Below, in pieces: positions 38,388 to 48,630 of a DNA stretch of 64,000 nucleotides (position 1 is the first letter of the stretch; the number at the start of each line of letters is the position of its first letter). Both the position numbers and the translations under genes were made by a program. The notes beneath the pieces were generated by a model. It saw only the letters and a list, made by a program, of their open reading frames with translations. It was not told the origin of the DNA and did no database searches. The stretch is taken from IMG/VR virus record IMGVR_UViG_3300025789_000018; one strand, given 5' to 3'. The DNA is from a virus. Taxonomy: Duplodnaviria; Caudoviricetes.

Positions 38388-40894
38388 TAGCTGAAAAAGT
38401 CCTCTAGTGTTGCGATCTTCTCTGACTTCCAACCAATCACATCCAGAATGCCCTGTAGTGGTGCAATGAACGCTTTATCAAACTGCATTGGATAGTCGAT
38501 GTACTTCTCCAAATCAAACTCTGATGGCAACTCAGATGGACAGGAGATGACATTTGTTCTAGCGGGATTAGGTGTTTTCATGTAACAGAACTTCACCTTA
38601 TCACCGTTTGTTATCTGCTCGTATTTATTACCTAGTCCATGACGCTCTAGCATACGATTGTACAGAATACTGCCACGAACATGAATAGGAGTACCAGAAG
38701 CATACGTTTCAATGTCTTTGGTTTCATACTTGTCTAGATCACTGACACCACGAGGGAATGCCACTTCCTCAAAAGGCAACTGTGTAAACATTTTACGAAA
38801 ATCTGCGATGAACGTTTGCAGTGTCGTTTCACTTTCGTTCATGACAAGATTTAATGCCTTCTTAATGTTATCACGACAAGATTGTGGTGTTGATGATTTG
38901 ACCGCTTCAATGCCAGACATCTTTAGCTTTGCCGAATCGTATGCAACCCCTTCTTGATTCCAGACGTTTAGGATGTATCGCTTCTTTGCTGTCCAGATGG
39001 CTTTATCGGCAATAGCTTCACGCTTCATGAACATCTTTTGTGCATATGCATTCATCCGAACAGATAGTTCCAGATATGCTTTATCGATGAATGGTTCAAT
39101 CTTACTAAGGCAAAACTTATCTAGAACTTCAACGATCTTCTTTGTGTCCGTTTCATCTGGCATGATCTTGTCGACCAGAGGTGCTAGTGTCACATAGATA
39201 GAATCTGTATCTGATGCAATGATATAATCATAGTCTGTCGTACCACATAGCTTGTTCAAGTATTCATTCATACGATCAGCAATCCAGCGGATGGAAAGCT
39301 GGCCAGACATAGTAATAGCTTCAGCGTGGTTGATGTCATACCAACGGAAGTATTTGTTGCCAAGTGCGCCATAAGCGGAGTTTAGCTGAATCTTCTTCGC
39401 CATCTGTAGGTTGTTGAGCCGTGCAATCTCTTTAGCAAGCTTAGGATCTTTGGTCTTTTCATACATCTTCTTGGCTTCGATCATCTGCTTCTTATAGACA
39501 ACACGATCATCATACATCTTGGCCATGATAGCACCAAGAAAGCCCTGCTTGTCTTTGCGATATACACAACCATTGGCTGCATAAGAGTATTCAGAGCCTT
39601 GCAACCCAGTGTCTCTAACTCTCAACAGTTGATCGATGCTTAAGAAGTCCCACATCTTTTCAACAAACGTCTCGGGTGAGATGTTGTATTGTTGAATCAA
39701 ATGTGGGTACAGAGAGTTAAGGTCGAATGAAACCATCCAACGATGCATACCTGTTTTTGGATCTTTAACATAACCACCAACAAGACTATCATCACTACGA
39801 CCAGATTTCTTCTGATTGCCTACAACGATATTTCGTTGCATCAGATAGTTGTGGATGATTACGTCCCACTGGCGCACAGATGCTAGTGTATCCTGATAGT
39901 TTACCTTTGCGTCATAAGCAATAGCAAACACCAGTTCAATCAGTTTCATCTTATCTTCTAGCCGATCAACGATATGAACGTCATGAATGTTGTATTCAAC
40001 GTAAAGCTGAAAGTTTCTTTCATACAAATCTTGTAGACTTGTGTAACCTTGTGCTTTATAGTCTAGCTTCTGATCACCAAGTTCGACCTTGGCAATATGA
40101 TCCAAACGATAGGATTCCTGTGATGTGTATGTAAACTTCTTGTAAAGTGCCATCCAGTCAAGTACAGTGATGCCCATCATGTAGTATGATGTCATCTTAC
40201 GTCCCTTGATTTCAACATCATACTCGCGAAGCATTTGCCATGGGCTAAGACGCTTCGCAGCATCTTCTCCTAGAACCATCCGAATGCGACCAACAAGATA
40301 GGGAACGTCAAAAAACTCTACGTTCCAACCAGTCAGCACATCTGGGCTATAATCATAGGAGTTCCAGATATCTAGAAACTTCTGAAACAGTTGGTATTCA
40401 TTTTTGCATTTGTAGTAGGTGATGTTGTCTTCGTGTGGTGTATAATCTCCACAACCAAACACCGCTTTCTTACCATTGCGCGAAATGGTAATAGCAGTCA
40501 CTTCATTTGGAGTTGTTTGAATGGCAGTAGCAATATCTACATCGCCAACCACAGTTTCGATATCAAGACTGACAACAGAGATTGCAGAAGGATCGTACTT
40601 GATTTCACCTGGAAATGTGTCATACATGAATGGATAGATGAAATGAGTCATGCCATAGATTGGCATTCCATCGATGTTTTCATATTTTTTCTGAAACTCT
40701 TTTGCATCATCAACCGAATCGAAGTCGATCTTACCCACAGGAGAACCATGGATGTTTTTATACTTCGTATGTTCTGTTGTAGGAATAAACAGATATGGCT
40801 TATAGTTGACAACTTGCTTTACTTGTTTGCCGTTTTGAATGCCGCGTACATACATCTTGCCGCGCTGCATGAATGTGTTTGTATAATAATCCAT
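38387..40894 (-). CDS. 43: Family B DNA polymerase gp43
   Basis: DIET, GWN..FFD.PYL, SFDLNSLYP, KIQLNSAYG, ASDTDS, KKRYILNV; uninterrupted. Confidence 0.97.
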   Translation of the reverse strand: MDYYTNTFMQRGKMYVRGIQNGKQVKQVVNYKPYLFIPTTEHTKYKNIHGSPVGKIDFDSVDDAKEFQKKYENIDGMPIYGMTHFIYPFMYDTFPGEIKYDPSAISVVSLDIETVVGDVDIATAIQTTPNEVTAITISRNGKKAVFGCGDYTPHEDNITYYKCKNEYQLFQKFLDIWNSYDYSPDVLTGWNVEFFDVPYLVGRIRMVLGEDAAKRLSPWQMLREYDVEIKGRKMTSYYMMGITVLDWMALYKKFTYTSQESYRLDHIAKVELGDQKLDYKAQGYTSLQDLYERNFQLYVEYNIHDVHIVDRLEDKMKLIELVFAIAYDAKVNYQDTLASVRQWDVIIHNYLMQRNIVVGNQKKSGRSDDSLVGGYVKDPKTGMHRWMVSFDLNSLYPHLIQQYNISPETFVEKMWDFLSIDQLLRVRDTGLQGSEYSYAANGCVYRKDKQGFLGAIMAKMYDDRVVYKKQMIEAKKMYEKTKDPKLAKEIARLNNLQMAKKIQLNSAYGALGNKYFRWYDINHAEAITMSGQLSIRWIADRMNEYLNKLCGTTDYDYIIASDTDSIYVTLAPLVDKIMPDETDTKKIVEVLDKFCLSKIEPFIDKAYLELSVRMNAYAQKMFMKREAIADKAIWTAKKRYILNVWNQEGVAYDSAKLKMSGIEAVKSSTPQSCRDNIKKALNLVMNESETTLQTFIADFRKMFTQLPFEEVAFPRGVSDLDKYETKDIETYASGTPIHVRGSILYNRMLERHGLGNKYEQITNGDKVKFCYMKTPNPARTNVISCPSELPSEFDLEKYIDYPMQFDKAFIAPLQGILDVIGWKSEKIATLEDFFS

Positions 40895-40949
40895 ATCACC
40901 TCAACTGTTTAGAATCTCTCAATGGCTCATCTTACACCAAAGCGAGAGA

Positions 40950-41702
40950 TTAGTAAACAGATAAATGTCGATCTTGCATTTTTATCAGATATTCGTTTAG
41001 CTTATCAATGTAGCCCATATTACGTAACTCCTTAAAGAGGAGGTTCTCAACAGAAAGTTCACCAGATTTGTGAATACCAGAAGAACGCATATTGCGGATC
41101 TTGATCTTGAGGCGCTTAATGTCCTCGCTATGGTCACCAGTCTTTGTGAGAACATCTTCGATCTGTTTGATTAGATGTTCAAGTCTATTCTTAAAGCCTG
41201 TGTCATTGTGAAAGTCACCTGGCTTCTCTTTTCTTGGCTTGAACAGCCACTTGTCTTGCATTAGAGAGTAGACACCACGATTTGCTTTAGGTGACACCAA
41301 CTTCTCTCTATAACTCTGCGCATATAGTTCAACAGGATATCCCATGACAGTCAGCGATGGATGTTTGTATCCCCATAAAAGTTTCTTATCATAAAGATAA
41401 TCATCAAGATACACGCGGTTGATACCTGGAATCTTTGAAATGTTGATCAGTAGATGAACGTCTAGATCGGAATGTGGTGTATAGTTATAGTTTGCATTGC
41501 CACCAGTGAACACGATGTCTTTGATAGCATCTTCTGGAATATTGGCAAACACAGCAAACATTCTACCAATCAATAGAAGACGTTCTTTGATGTTCTGCTT
41601 TAGTTCATCACCATCCCAGATAAGAGGATTCAACTCATCATGATACTGAAACGTAAGAGAGATATCTTCTCTTAGAAAGTGACCAAACTTGTGCATTGAC
41701 AT
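40950..41702 (-). CDS. Pol-beta-superfamily nucleotidyltransferase-like protein
   Basis: TGGNANYNYTPHSDLDVHL (GxxA..SDLD), VELYAQ, GVYSL, ENLLFKELRN. Confidence 0.7.
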   Translation of the reverse strand: MSMHKFGHFLREDISLTFQYHDELNPLIWDGDELKQNIKERLLLIGRMFAVFANIPEDAIKDIVFTGGNANYNYTPHSDLDVHLLINISKIPGINRVYLDDYLYDKKLLWGYKHPSLTVMGYPVELYAQSYREKLVSPKANRGVYSLMQDKWLFKPRKEKPGDFHNDTGFKNRLEHLIKQIEDVLTKTGDHSEDIKRLKIKIRNMRSSGIHKSGELSVENLLFKELRNMGYIDKLNEYLIKMQDRHLSVY

Positions 41703-41705
41703 TCC

Positions 41706-42188
41706 TTATAGATTTTGATAAGGATCATAGTTGGCATCTGGGTACCATGAACCATTGAAGAGTTTGTTTTGATCTTTTACAGAAACAAACTGGACATGAT
41801 CCATGTCCTTGAATGTATGTACTGCTTTAGGAGTGCCCCAATCTGCACCAGAGATAAGACCGTGCTTTGTTGCTAGTCTGCAAAGGAACGTATAGTCGCC
41901 TTCAAATGAAGGTTGACCATTGACCAGCTTTACGATATCACAAGCAAGCCCATAGTGATGTACACCAACATTCTTCAGCTTCGTGGCATGTTGATTGAAG
42001 AGTTGTACCTGGCGTTCATCTGAGCGATAAGTTTCTAGGATCTTTAGTGGTTGACCAGCAGCAGCAGATTCTGCCATAAGTGCCTCGACTTTGGCTTTGA
42101 ACGCTGGGAATAACAAGTCTAAAGAGTTTACCATGTTTGTTGTATGAAACAATGGGCTCTTTTGGATTACATCTGTGTAGAAACTCAT
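41706..42188 (-). CDS. M15-family peptidase (endolysin-like)
   Basis: ETYRSDERQ, HHYGLACDI, GADW, DMDHVQ. Confidence 0.8.
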   Translation of the reverse strand: MSFYTDVIQKSPLFHTTNMVNSLDLLFPAFKAKVEALMAESAAAGQPLKILETYRSDERQVQLFNQHATKLKNVGVHHYGLACDIVKLVNGQPSFEGDYTFLCRLATKHGLISGADWGTPKAVHTFKDMDHVQFVSVKDQNKLFNGSWYPDANYDPYQNL

Positions 42189-42206
42189 CGCTATAGTCCT
42201 TGAAAC

Positions 42207-42235
42207 AAAAAGAGAGGGACAATATGCCCCTCTCT
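42207..42235 (-). terminator. Intrinsic terminator
   Basis: AGAGAGGG/CCCTCTCT stem followed by a U-run on -. Confidence 0.65.
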
Positions 42236-42393
42236 ATTTATAGATTATCCTAGATAATCCCATTCGTCCTCAGTATATGGCCACATAGACAATCTCCTTA
42301 TAGTGCAAGAAGATTATACATAGTGATCAAACATAGACCTGCAATGGTAAACCCTGCAACTCTTGATACAGGGACGATGTATTTTTCTAGCAT

Positions 42394-42939
42394 TTATTTT
42401 CCTTCTCTTTCAGCCAGATATTCTGCGGTAGAAGAAGATTTTTTTGTTGTATGGATATCATGTTTGTCTTGAATGTCAATCTTCTTCGGTTTCTTATGTT
42501 CTGGAATGACATACTCCAGACCAACGCGAAGAATCCCATTTAGAAGTTCTGCGCCAGTGATTTCAACATGATCAGCAAGTGTGAACTGGCGCGTAAATGG
42601 ACGCATTGCCAATCCTTGATGTAGAAATAGTGGCCAAGTCCATTCGCCTTCTGAATCTTTCTCAGAAGATTCACCTGACTTGACATTGCCCTTAATAGTT
42701 AGTTTACCATCAGAGAGTTCAACGTCAATATCTTCGCGCGCGAAACCCGCAACTGCCACTTCAATGACATACTTGTTTTCATCAATCTTTTTGATGTTGT
42801 ATGGTGGGTAGTTCGTAGAAAGCTTTGCTGTCTGCTCTGCCGCTGATGCTAGTTTCTGTACTAGAGGATCAAAGCCAACAAAAAACTTATCTATTTCTGG
42901 GGTAAAAGCAAAGCTTGAGCCGTAAAAAGTGTTAGCCAT
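42394..42939 (-). CDS. Small heat shock protein Hsp20
   Basis: YPPYNIKK, IEVAVAGF, LHQGLAMRPFTRQF, AELLNGILRV. Confidence 0.92.
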   Translation of the reverse strand: MANTFYGSSFAFTPEIDKFFVGFDPLVQKLASAAEQTAKLSTNYPPYNIKKIDENKYVIEVAVAGFAREDIDVELSDGKLTIKGNVKSGESSEKDSEGEWTWPLFLHQGLAMRPFTRQFTLADHVEITGAELLNGILRVGLEYVIPEHKKPKKIDIQDKHDIHTTKKSSSTAEYLAEREGK

Positions 42940-43210
42940 ATTAGTTCTCCTATTTAAGCGAGAGTTGATGTAATGTCTACCCATTTGGCATAGACGAGTT
43001 ATTTATAAACGTTTCCACTTACTGCCGAGAAGAATCCTGGTCTTCATTCTGAACCACCAGGATTTCTCTTCTCTAAACTTTAACACGATTGCATTAGGAT
43101 CACCAAATACAACCCACTCCCATATGAAGGGTGGTAGCTTCGGTGTAGGCGTCCATACTGGTTCCCATGGTTGCATAATGTATCATCCTGAAAGTTTGTC
43201 TTTGTATAAT

Positions 43211-43606
43211 CTAACGTTTTCCTATATTATATTTTGTTACAAGATTCCAATCATGCTTTTCTTTGTATGATAAAATCTTGATTTGATTTAGTGGAGTGAT
43301 TGGTTCTTCTGTTTTCTTTGGTTCAACAATAGTGAGTAAACCCCACTCTGCCAAAAGATTGATGATTGTGTTTCTACGACCTTCATCTGTATCCGAGAAA
43401 TCAGTTGGTTTGCCATCAAGAGCAAACAACTCTTTGAAGTGAACGATATAGTATTTCTTCTGCTTATGCAGAATATGACAGGACTGATACAGGATCTTGT
43501 CCTTACGTGAAGCGATCCCAATGCGAGTCAACGTTTCTTTAATCTTCAAGAAATCGTCTGGCTCTTTTAGGGTTACCTCTACTAGAGCCTCTACTGTCAG
43601 TTTCAT
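43211..43606 (-). CDS. regA: Translational repressor RegA
   Basis: DFLKIKETLTRIGIAS, LYQSCHILHK..YYIVHFKELFALDG, RRNTI..LLAEWGL. Confidence 0.96.
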   Translation of the reverse strand: MKLTVEALVEVTLKEPDDFLKIKETLTRIGIASRKDKILYQSCHILHKQKKYYIVHFKELFALDGKPTDFSDTDEGRRNTIINLLAEWGLLTIVEPKKTEEPITPLNQIKILSYKEKHDWNLVTKYNIGKR

Positions 43607-44082
43607 TTTGTTCCACCCTTACTTAATCTTTTCTTTATATTTTTTACCTGTTCGGATGACAATACAGACAACGCAACTTCAGCTTTTCGGTCCGAGTAAC
43701 CGAATGCTTCTTTGATGATGTCTAGATCGGCATCTTTTTCTTTCTTAGGCCATTTCGACTTCCGAAACTTTGGTCTAACAGTATTTAGTAAAAAATCGTA
43801 TTGAAGTTTCTTGTCTAGGTGATAGTATTGGTTAACAAGGTTTGCTAATGTTGCGGTATCATGAAACAAAGATAGCCCGCGGTTGACAATCCAAGGATTG
43901 TATTCTTTCTCCACTTGCGCTGGATCGTGTGGTCCGTTGAATAGGTTCTTATGTGTATTGATACTGTCGATGAAATCGAAGGGGCTGTAGATCGCTTTAG
44001 GCCTAAAGTCCTCTTCTTCAACCTCTACAATATCACTGGCAAGATTCATTACATCGAATACACTGTTCACTTGAAATCGCAA
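43603..44082 (-). CDS. 62: Clamp loader small subunit gp62
   Basis: SPFDFIDSIN, YNPWIVNRGLS, QYDFLLN, YSDRKA; start probably a little downstream. Confidence 0.9.
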   Translation of the reverse strand: MRFQVNSVFDVMNLASDIVEVEEEDFRPKAIYSPFDFIDSINTHKNLFNGPHDPAQVEKEYNPWIVNRGLSLFHDTATLANLVNQYYHLDKKLQYDFLLNTVRPKFRKSKWPKKEKDADLDIIKEAFGYSDRKAEVALSVLSSEQVKNIKKRLSKGGTK

Positions 44083-45005
44083 TCTGCCATGATCGATAGA
44101 ACGAACGCAGCGGTATTGATTTCCTGATTGGCGACAAATGCAGACTTGTATTGAAACTCAGCTAGGTGAAGGATCAGTTGACCAATAGAGTTGTCTTTAA
44201 CAATATCTGCAATGTTATCGTACATATCACGAAACAGTGTGGTGCTATCAATGTCAGTGTTCTCTCCTACCCACTTACGAGCAGCAAAGAAGTTCTTTGC
44301 TTTCAGTGCAACAAGAAGTGTCTTATAACTATCAGACCCACTATTACCAAGAATACTCTTGTCGATATTGCCTGTCGCGGAATGCCTCTGAAGTTCATTT
44401 AGAACCCTCCTCCAATCTGGAAAGTGACGATTGATCAACTCAGCGATTACAGGCTTATCATACGTAACGCCTTCAGCATCTAGGATACCAGAGATACGCT
44501 TCATAAACTGAACCGCAAGAACGGGCTTATCTTTCTTGGCAATGTTAAACTCAACAACAGAACACCGAGAATGTAGAGGTGCGATAAGCCGATTCTTAAA
44601 GTTGCATGTCAGAATGAAACCACAGTTACGGCTAAACTCTTCCATGAAGTTACGAAACGCTGGCTGCACTTTGTCAGCAGACAGATAATCTGCCTCGTCA
44701 ATGATGACGTATTTACGACCACCCTTGAACGAGACAGACGATGCAAAACCAGTGATTTCATTTCGAAGAACATCGATACCAGCATTCAACGAACCGTTGA
44801 TGATGATATAATCACAGTCCAGTTGCTCTAGCATTGCACGAGCAACGGTGGTCTTGCCTACACCAGGACCACCCGTGAGTAGTAGATTTGGGATGTTCTT
44901 TTGATCAACAAACTGTTGAAACGTTTCTTTTAGATCAGCAGGAAGAATACAATCTTCAATCGACTTTGGCCGATATCGCTCCACCCACAAAAAGTCTTCA
45001 AGCAT
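44067..45005 (-). CDS. 44: Clamp loader large subunit gp44
   Basis: LWVERYRP, GPGVGKTT, IIDEAD, FILTCN, SRC, HFPDWRRVLNELQ. Confidence 0.96.
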   Translation of the reverse strand: MLEDFLWVERYRPKSIEDCILPADLKETFQQFVDQKNIPNLLLTGGPGVGKTTVARAMLEQLDCDYIIINGSLNAGIDVLRNEITGFASSVSFKGGRKYVIIDEADYLSADKVQPAFRNFMEEFSRNCGFILTCNFKNRLIAPLHSRCSVVEFNIAKKDKPVLAVQFMKRISGILDAEGVTYDKPVIAELINRHFPDWRRVLNELQRHSATGNIDKSILGNSGSDSYKTLLVALKAKNFFAARKWVGENTDIDSTTLFRDMYDNIADIVKDNSIGQLILHLAEFQYKSAFVANQEINTAAFVLSIMADCDFK

Positions 45006-45032
45006 AATATATTCCTTTCAAACAAGATTCAT

Positions 45033-45099
45033 TATAAGTAGATGTAGGTCACGATGTAACAGCATCTACCTACTCTAACGCTTTTACGGAGCATCAGCT
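45033..45099 (+). promoter_or_regulatory. Late promoter plus conserved hairpin leader, copy 3
   Basis: TATAAGTA; GTAGGT-CAC-GATG-taacag-CATC-T-ACCTAC-TCTA. Confidence 0.8.
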
Positions 45100-45648
45100 A
45101 TGTTTATATATAAGATCACGAACAAAGTCAATGGTAAAACATACATTGGCAAAACATCAAAGTCTATCGAAGAGAGATTTCGTAGACACTTCTATCATCA
45201 CAAAACAGGAAATACACATCTATATAGAGCCATGAGAAAATATGGATTCGATAGTTTTTCTGTAGCAATGATCGAAGAAACTTCTCAACTAAATGAGAGG
45301 GAGATATTCTGGATCAAAGAACTTCAGCCCGAATATAATATGACTAAAGGTGGAGATGGTGGCGATTCATCTAAATCTCTCACTTTCATAAAATCAATAG
45401 AAGTGTATCATAAAAACAAATCTAAAGAATCTTATGCTACATATGGAATGCTAGGTAAAAAACAATCACAGAAGTTCTTCGAATCGATCAAGAAATCTAA
45501 CAGTTGTCCAGTAATGTGTGAAGGTGTCCAATATTCTTCTGTAGGTGAAGCAGAAAAAGCTTATCCTGGTATCAATCTAAGAAAAAGATTGGACAACCCA
45601 AAATATCCACATTTCTATCGTTTGCGAGAAAGAACCAGAAGAGGTTAA
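45100..45648 (+). CDS. GIY-YIG homing endonuclease
   Basis: FIYKITN..NGKTYIGKT, RF..H, EREIFWI, YNMTKGGDGG. Confidence 0.88.
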   Translation: MFIYKITNKVNGKTYIGKTSKSIEERFRRHFYHHKTGNTHLYRAMRKYGFDSFSVAMIEETSQLNEREIFWIKELQPEYNMTKGGDGGDSSKSLTFIKSIEVYHKNKSKESYATYGMLGKKQSQKFFESIKKSNSCPVMCEGVQYSSVGEAEKAYPGINLRKRLDNPKYPHFYRLRERTRRG

Positions 45649-46301
45649 CTGAAGGAAGAATCTTTCTCTGTCGCAATGAAGTATGTAACACCAGTCGCAG
45701 TAAACTTTGAGATGCCCGCCTTTGAGATTGATACATCATAGTCATTAGGAAGAAGCTTAAGATTTTCATTCTTAAAGATAGCATTGAATACAAGATTGGT
45801 AGAACCTACCACGATGCTGTACTTGTCCTTCGAAGGATTCTTGCTATCATCAGCCGATAGATAGATGTTTTCACCATCACCAGAGATGATTGTTTCTGGA
45901 AGACCAAGAACACCAGCAGCCTTTTGAACCTTAGTGAGGTCTTCTTGGGTGATAGATAGATTGATTTCAGCAGCAGGGAAGTTTAGATCCTTTGCGGGTG
46001 AAGTAACGAACGTTGATGGATCAGCGTAGGTGTATACTAGCTTACGCTTGTCTGAGGCAATAGTAGCCTGTGTTTCACCGAAGTGGATTTCTGGCTGATC
46101 AAACAGCAATAGCGCACCAAGAAACTTTGATAGATCATAGATTGCAAAGTCACGGTCAAAGGTTTCTTGAACTTCTGCACTCGCCATCACAGTCTTTTGT
46201 GGTGAGATAGTGCGAATCATATTACCAGAGCGAAACAGAATGCCGTGATTGATTGACGAAAAGTTCTTGAGGACAGTAAGGGTATTTTCACTTAGCTTCA
46301 T
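45645..46301 (-). CDS. 45: Sliding clamp gp45
   Basis: MKLSENTLTVLKNFSSIN, FAIYDLSKFL, FKNENLKLLP.DYDV. Confidence 0.95.
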   Translation of the reverse strand: MKLSENTLTVLKNFSSINHGILFRSGNMIRTISPQKTVMASAEVQETFDRDFAIYDLSKFLGALLLFDQPEIHFGETQATIASDKRKLVYTYADPSTFVTSPAKDLNFPAAEINLSITQEDLTKVQKAAGVLGLPETIISGDGENIYLSADDSKNPSKDKYSIVVGSTNLVFNAIFKNENLKLLPNDYDVSISKAGISKFTATGVTYFIATEKDSSFS

Positions 46302-46385
46302 AGTATCATCCTTTTCAATGTGGTGTTTCCAAAGATCACCTTGGAAACACCGTTATAACAAACCTATAGGCAGAAGTCTAGACTT

Positions 46386-47348
46386 TTATCCCTTTTTGCC
46401 CAACTTTGATGGATCAGCAGTAGCAGCAGCGCCAACGGCTGCTAGATCAGCGAGTGAACCACCAAACACGTATGAACCAACATGCTGTAGCTGAATCCAT
46501 GGAGCAAGCCATACCTTTAGACCAATCTTACGTGCCCACTGGCAGAACATATAGTCTTCTGATAGATAGCGATTCGAGTATTCAAAACCAAAAGCAGAAT
46601 GCTTTGCATCGTCAAGGAACGCGACAACTTGTTCCTGAGTAGCCTTAGGATTCTTCTTGTAGAACTCACGAATCTCATTGCTGATATGCGCGTGCTTGTT
46701 GTCGATAAGTGCATCAAACAAGCAAGGGATTTCACGCGAACCATCAAATGCGGCTGTGCGAACGTGGTCAGGGCGATACATCAGATGTGGGTATTCGGTG
46801 GTCATCTTTTCGAGAGCCGAACGCTTGATCATCATAAAGCCAGTACCAGATTCTAGAACTTCGGCGGGTTCAGCGATCTTGATTTCGTTCTTGCCATTAG
46901 CAGGATTGAAAACATAGTCACCAACAAACTTTTCAAGAACACTGGCATCCTGATCGGCAAAGCCCTTATCAACAGCCATCTTGATCTTTTCCCATGAGAT
47001 GCACTTCTTAGGATATGGACCACAAAGGATGTCGTATTCTGATTCTTCACTCATCAGAGCAAGCATCGTCATTACGTCATTGGAGTTAAAGCCAATGTCT
47101 GAGTCGATGAACATCAAGTGTGTGCAGTCTGACCGAAGGAACTCATCTACGCAGTAGTTACGAGCGCGGGTGATAAGTGATTCGTTGAACAGATAGTAAT
47201 ACTTGACTTCAACACCATAATGAACGGCTAGTGCTGATAGATCGTTTGTGCTACGACAGAACATGCCTGCACATGCACCACCATACATTGGAGTTGCAAC
47301 AAATAGTTTACGCTTGCGTAGTTCTTCAATAGGTACCTTAACTTCCAT
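46386..47348 (-). CDS. GT-A fold glycosyltransferase-like protein
   Basis: FVATPMYGG, ESLITRARN, FIDSD (DxD), GTGFMMI, YLSEDYMFC. Confidence 0.75.
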   Translation of the reverse strand: MEVKVPIEELRKRKLFVATPMYGGACAGMFCRSTNDLSALAVHYGVEVKYYYLFNESLITRARNYCVDEFLRSDCTHLMFIDSDIGFNSNDVMTMLALMSEESEYDILCGPYPKKCISWEKIKMAVDKGFADQDASVLEKFVGDYVFNPANGKNEIKIAEPAEVLESGTGFMMIKRSALEKMTTEYPHLMYRPDHVRTAAFDGSREIPCLFDALIDNKHAHISNEIREFYKKNPKATQEQVVAFLDDAKHSAFGFEYSNRYLSEDYMFCQWARKIGLKVWLAPWIQLQHVGSYVFGGSLADLAAVGAAATADPSKLGKKG

Positions 47349-47355
47349 ATTATAT

Positions 47356-48060
47356 TCACCTTTCTTTTACAAAGCGACCATTTTGGTCTTGTTTTGATAA
47401 TCTTTTTTTAGCTTCATTACTTTTTATGCCAACATATAGTCCTTTATTGTTGAGGAATATTTCCCTATCGATCTTCAATATGTTTCCATCCAAATCTACA
47501 CAGACAACTTTACTCTTATTGTTGTAACCAAGTTTGGTTCCAATATCTTTCGCTGCAAGTCTTCTTATTTGTGACTGTTCATGTCCAAATATTTCTTCCC
47601 AAGTCTTATCTTTTTTCGCTAAAGATTGTTTTTGTTTGGTGTGTTCAGATCGTTTACACCCAAAAGATGGGTTGTGTACACCAAACATACGAACTTTTTT
47701 TCTTGATCCGGACGCATATGCAGAAACTAAACTATCAGATATGAGGGATTTTGTATGATCGGAAGTAATAAATCCACATCCTCTACCACCATATCTACCG
47801 TTTTCTGATTTTAGATTTGCCCACTCTTTGGATTGAACTATGTCATTTTTTTCTGAGAAGATCAAAGCAAACGTTGAACATAATTCCTGATCATCAAACC
47901 CAAAAATTTCTAAAGTTGTCTGTGTGGATTTATGTTTCTTTAGATGACGTATCCAATATTTTCCTGATCCTCTATATCTGAAAGGATCAGTATTCTCGGT
48001 TTTGCCGAAATATTTGAGTCCGCAATGTGTGCATTGTTTGACATAGAGATAAATAGTCAT
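47356..48060 (-). CDS. GIY-YIG-like (Seg-type) homing endonuclease
   Basis: IYLYVKQCTHCGLKYFGKT, YRGSGKYW; paralogue of 30769 and 59653. Confidence 0.8.
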   Translation of the reverse strand: MTIYLYVKQCTHCGLKYFGKTENTDPFRYRGSGKYWIRHLKKHKSTQTTLEIFGFDDQELCSTFALIFSEKNDIVQSKEWANLKSENGRYGGRGCGFITSDHTKSLISDSLVSAYASGSRKKVRMFGVHNPSFGCKRSEHTKQKQSLAKKDKTWEEIFGHEQSQIRRLAAKDIGTKLGYNNKSKVVCVDLDGNILKIDREIFLNNKGLYVGIKSNEAKKRLSKQDQNGRFVKER

Positions 48061-48127
48061 GCTGGTAACTCCTATATAGTTCTAGAGTAGTCGGAGGCGG
48101 CAACCTCGTGGACTACAATTATTTATA
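48061..48127 (-). promoter_or_regulatory. Late promoter plus conserved hairpin leader, copy 4
   Basis: TATAAATA; GTAGTC-CAC-GAGG-ttgccg-CCTC-C-GACTAC-TCTA; AACT..AGTT stem over the SD. Confidence 0.8.
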
Positions 48128-48144
48128 TAGGAGTACATTTATAG

Positions 48145-48630
48145 CTATCTCTTATGCTCTAGATCGTGTACGTACAAAGCTATAATAGCATAATGTATTA
48201 CTTTCATCAAGTCTTTTCTCCAATCGTCTGTAGATCCTTTTTGACCGTAACGACCAGAATACTTATCAACATTGCCTAGACAAAATCCTAGTCCACGACC
48301 ACGATCAATCGCAATTTCAGTTGATTGTATGTTGCCTTGCGCATAGTGTTCGCCATACGTCTTATCGATATAATCGGCGATTTCTTGAAGTGCTTTGTCT
48401 TCGTTGTATTTATAATCGATTTTTGATGGTTGTATTCTACGAAAAAACTCTTCATTAGTTTCTCCATTATATTGATTATGTTGTTTTTTCATTTCTTTAC
48501 GATTAAGTTCATCTGCCAAATATGTGTCGATTGGGCGTTTATACGGGCTGTCTGCTACCTGCCGTCTTACAAAGTCCTCCCAAGTTTCTATTCCAAGACC
48601 AACTGGATTTAATCCATCACTTTCACTCAT
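48145..48630 (-). CDS. DUF3310-like conserved phage protein
   Basis: YKYNED..YIDKTY..HY, FCLGNVDKY..RYG.KG, DLMKVIHY. Confidence 0.7.
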   Translation of the reverse strand: MSESDGLNPVGLGIETWEDFVRRQVADSPYKRPIDTYLADELNRKEMKKQHNQYNGETNEEFFRRIQPSKIDYKYNEDKALQEIADYIDKTYGEHYAQGNIQSTEIAIDRGRGLGFCLGNVDKYSGRYGQKGSTDDWRKDLMKVIHYAIIALYVHDLEHKR

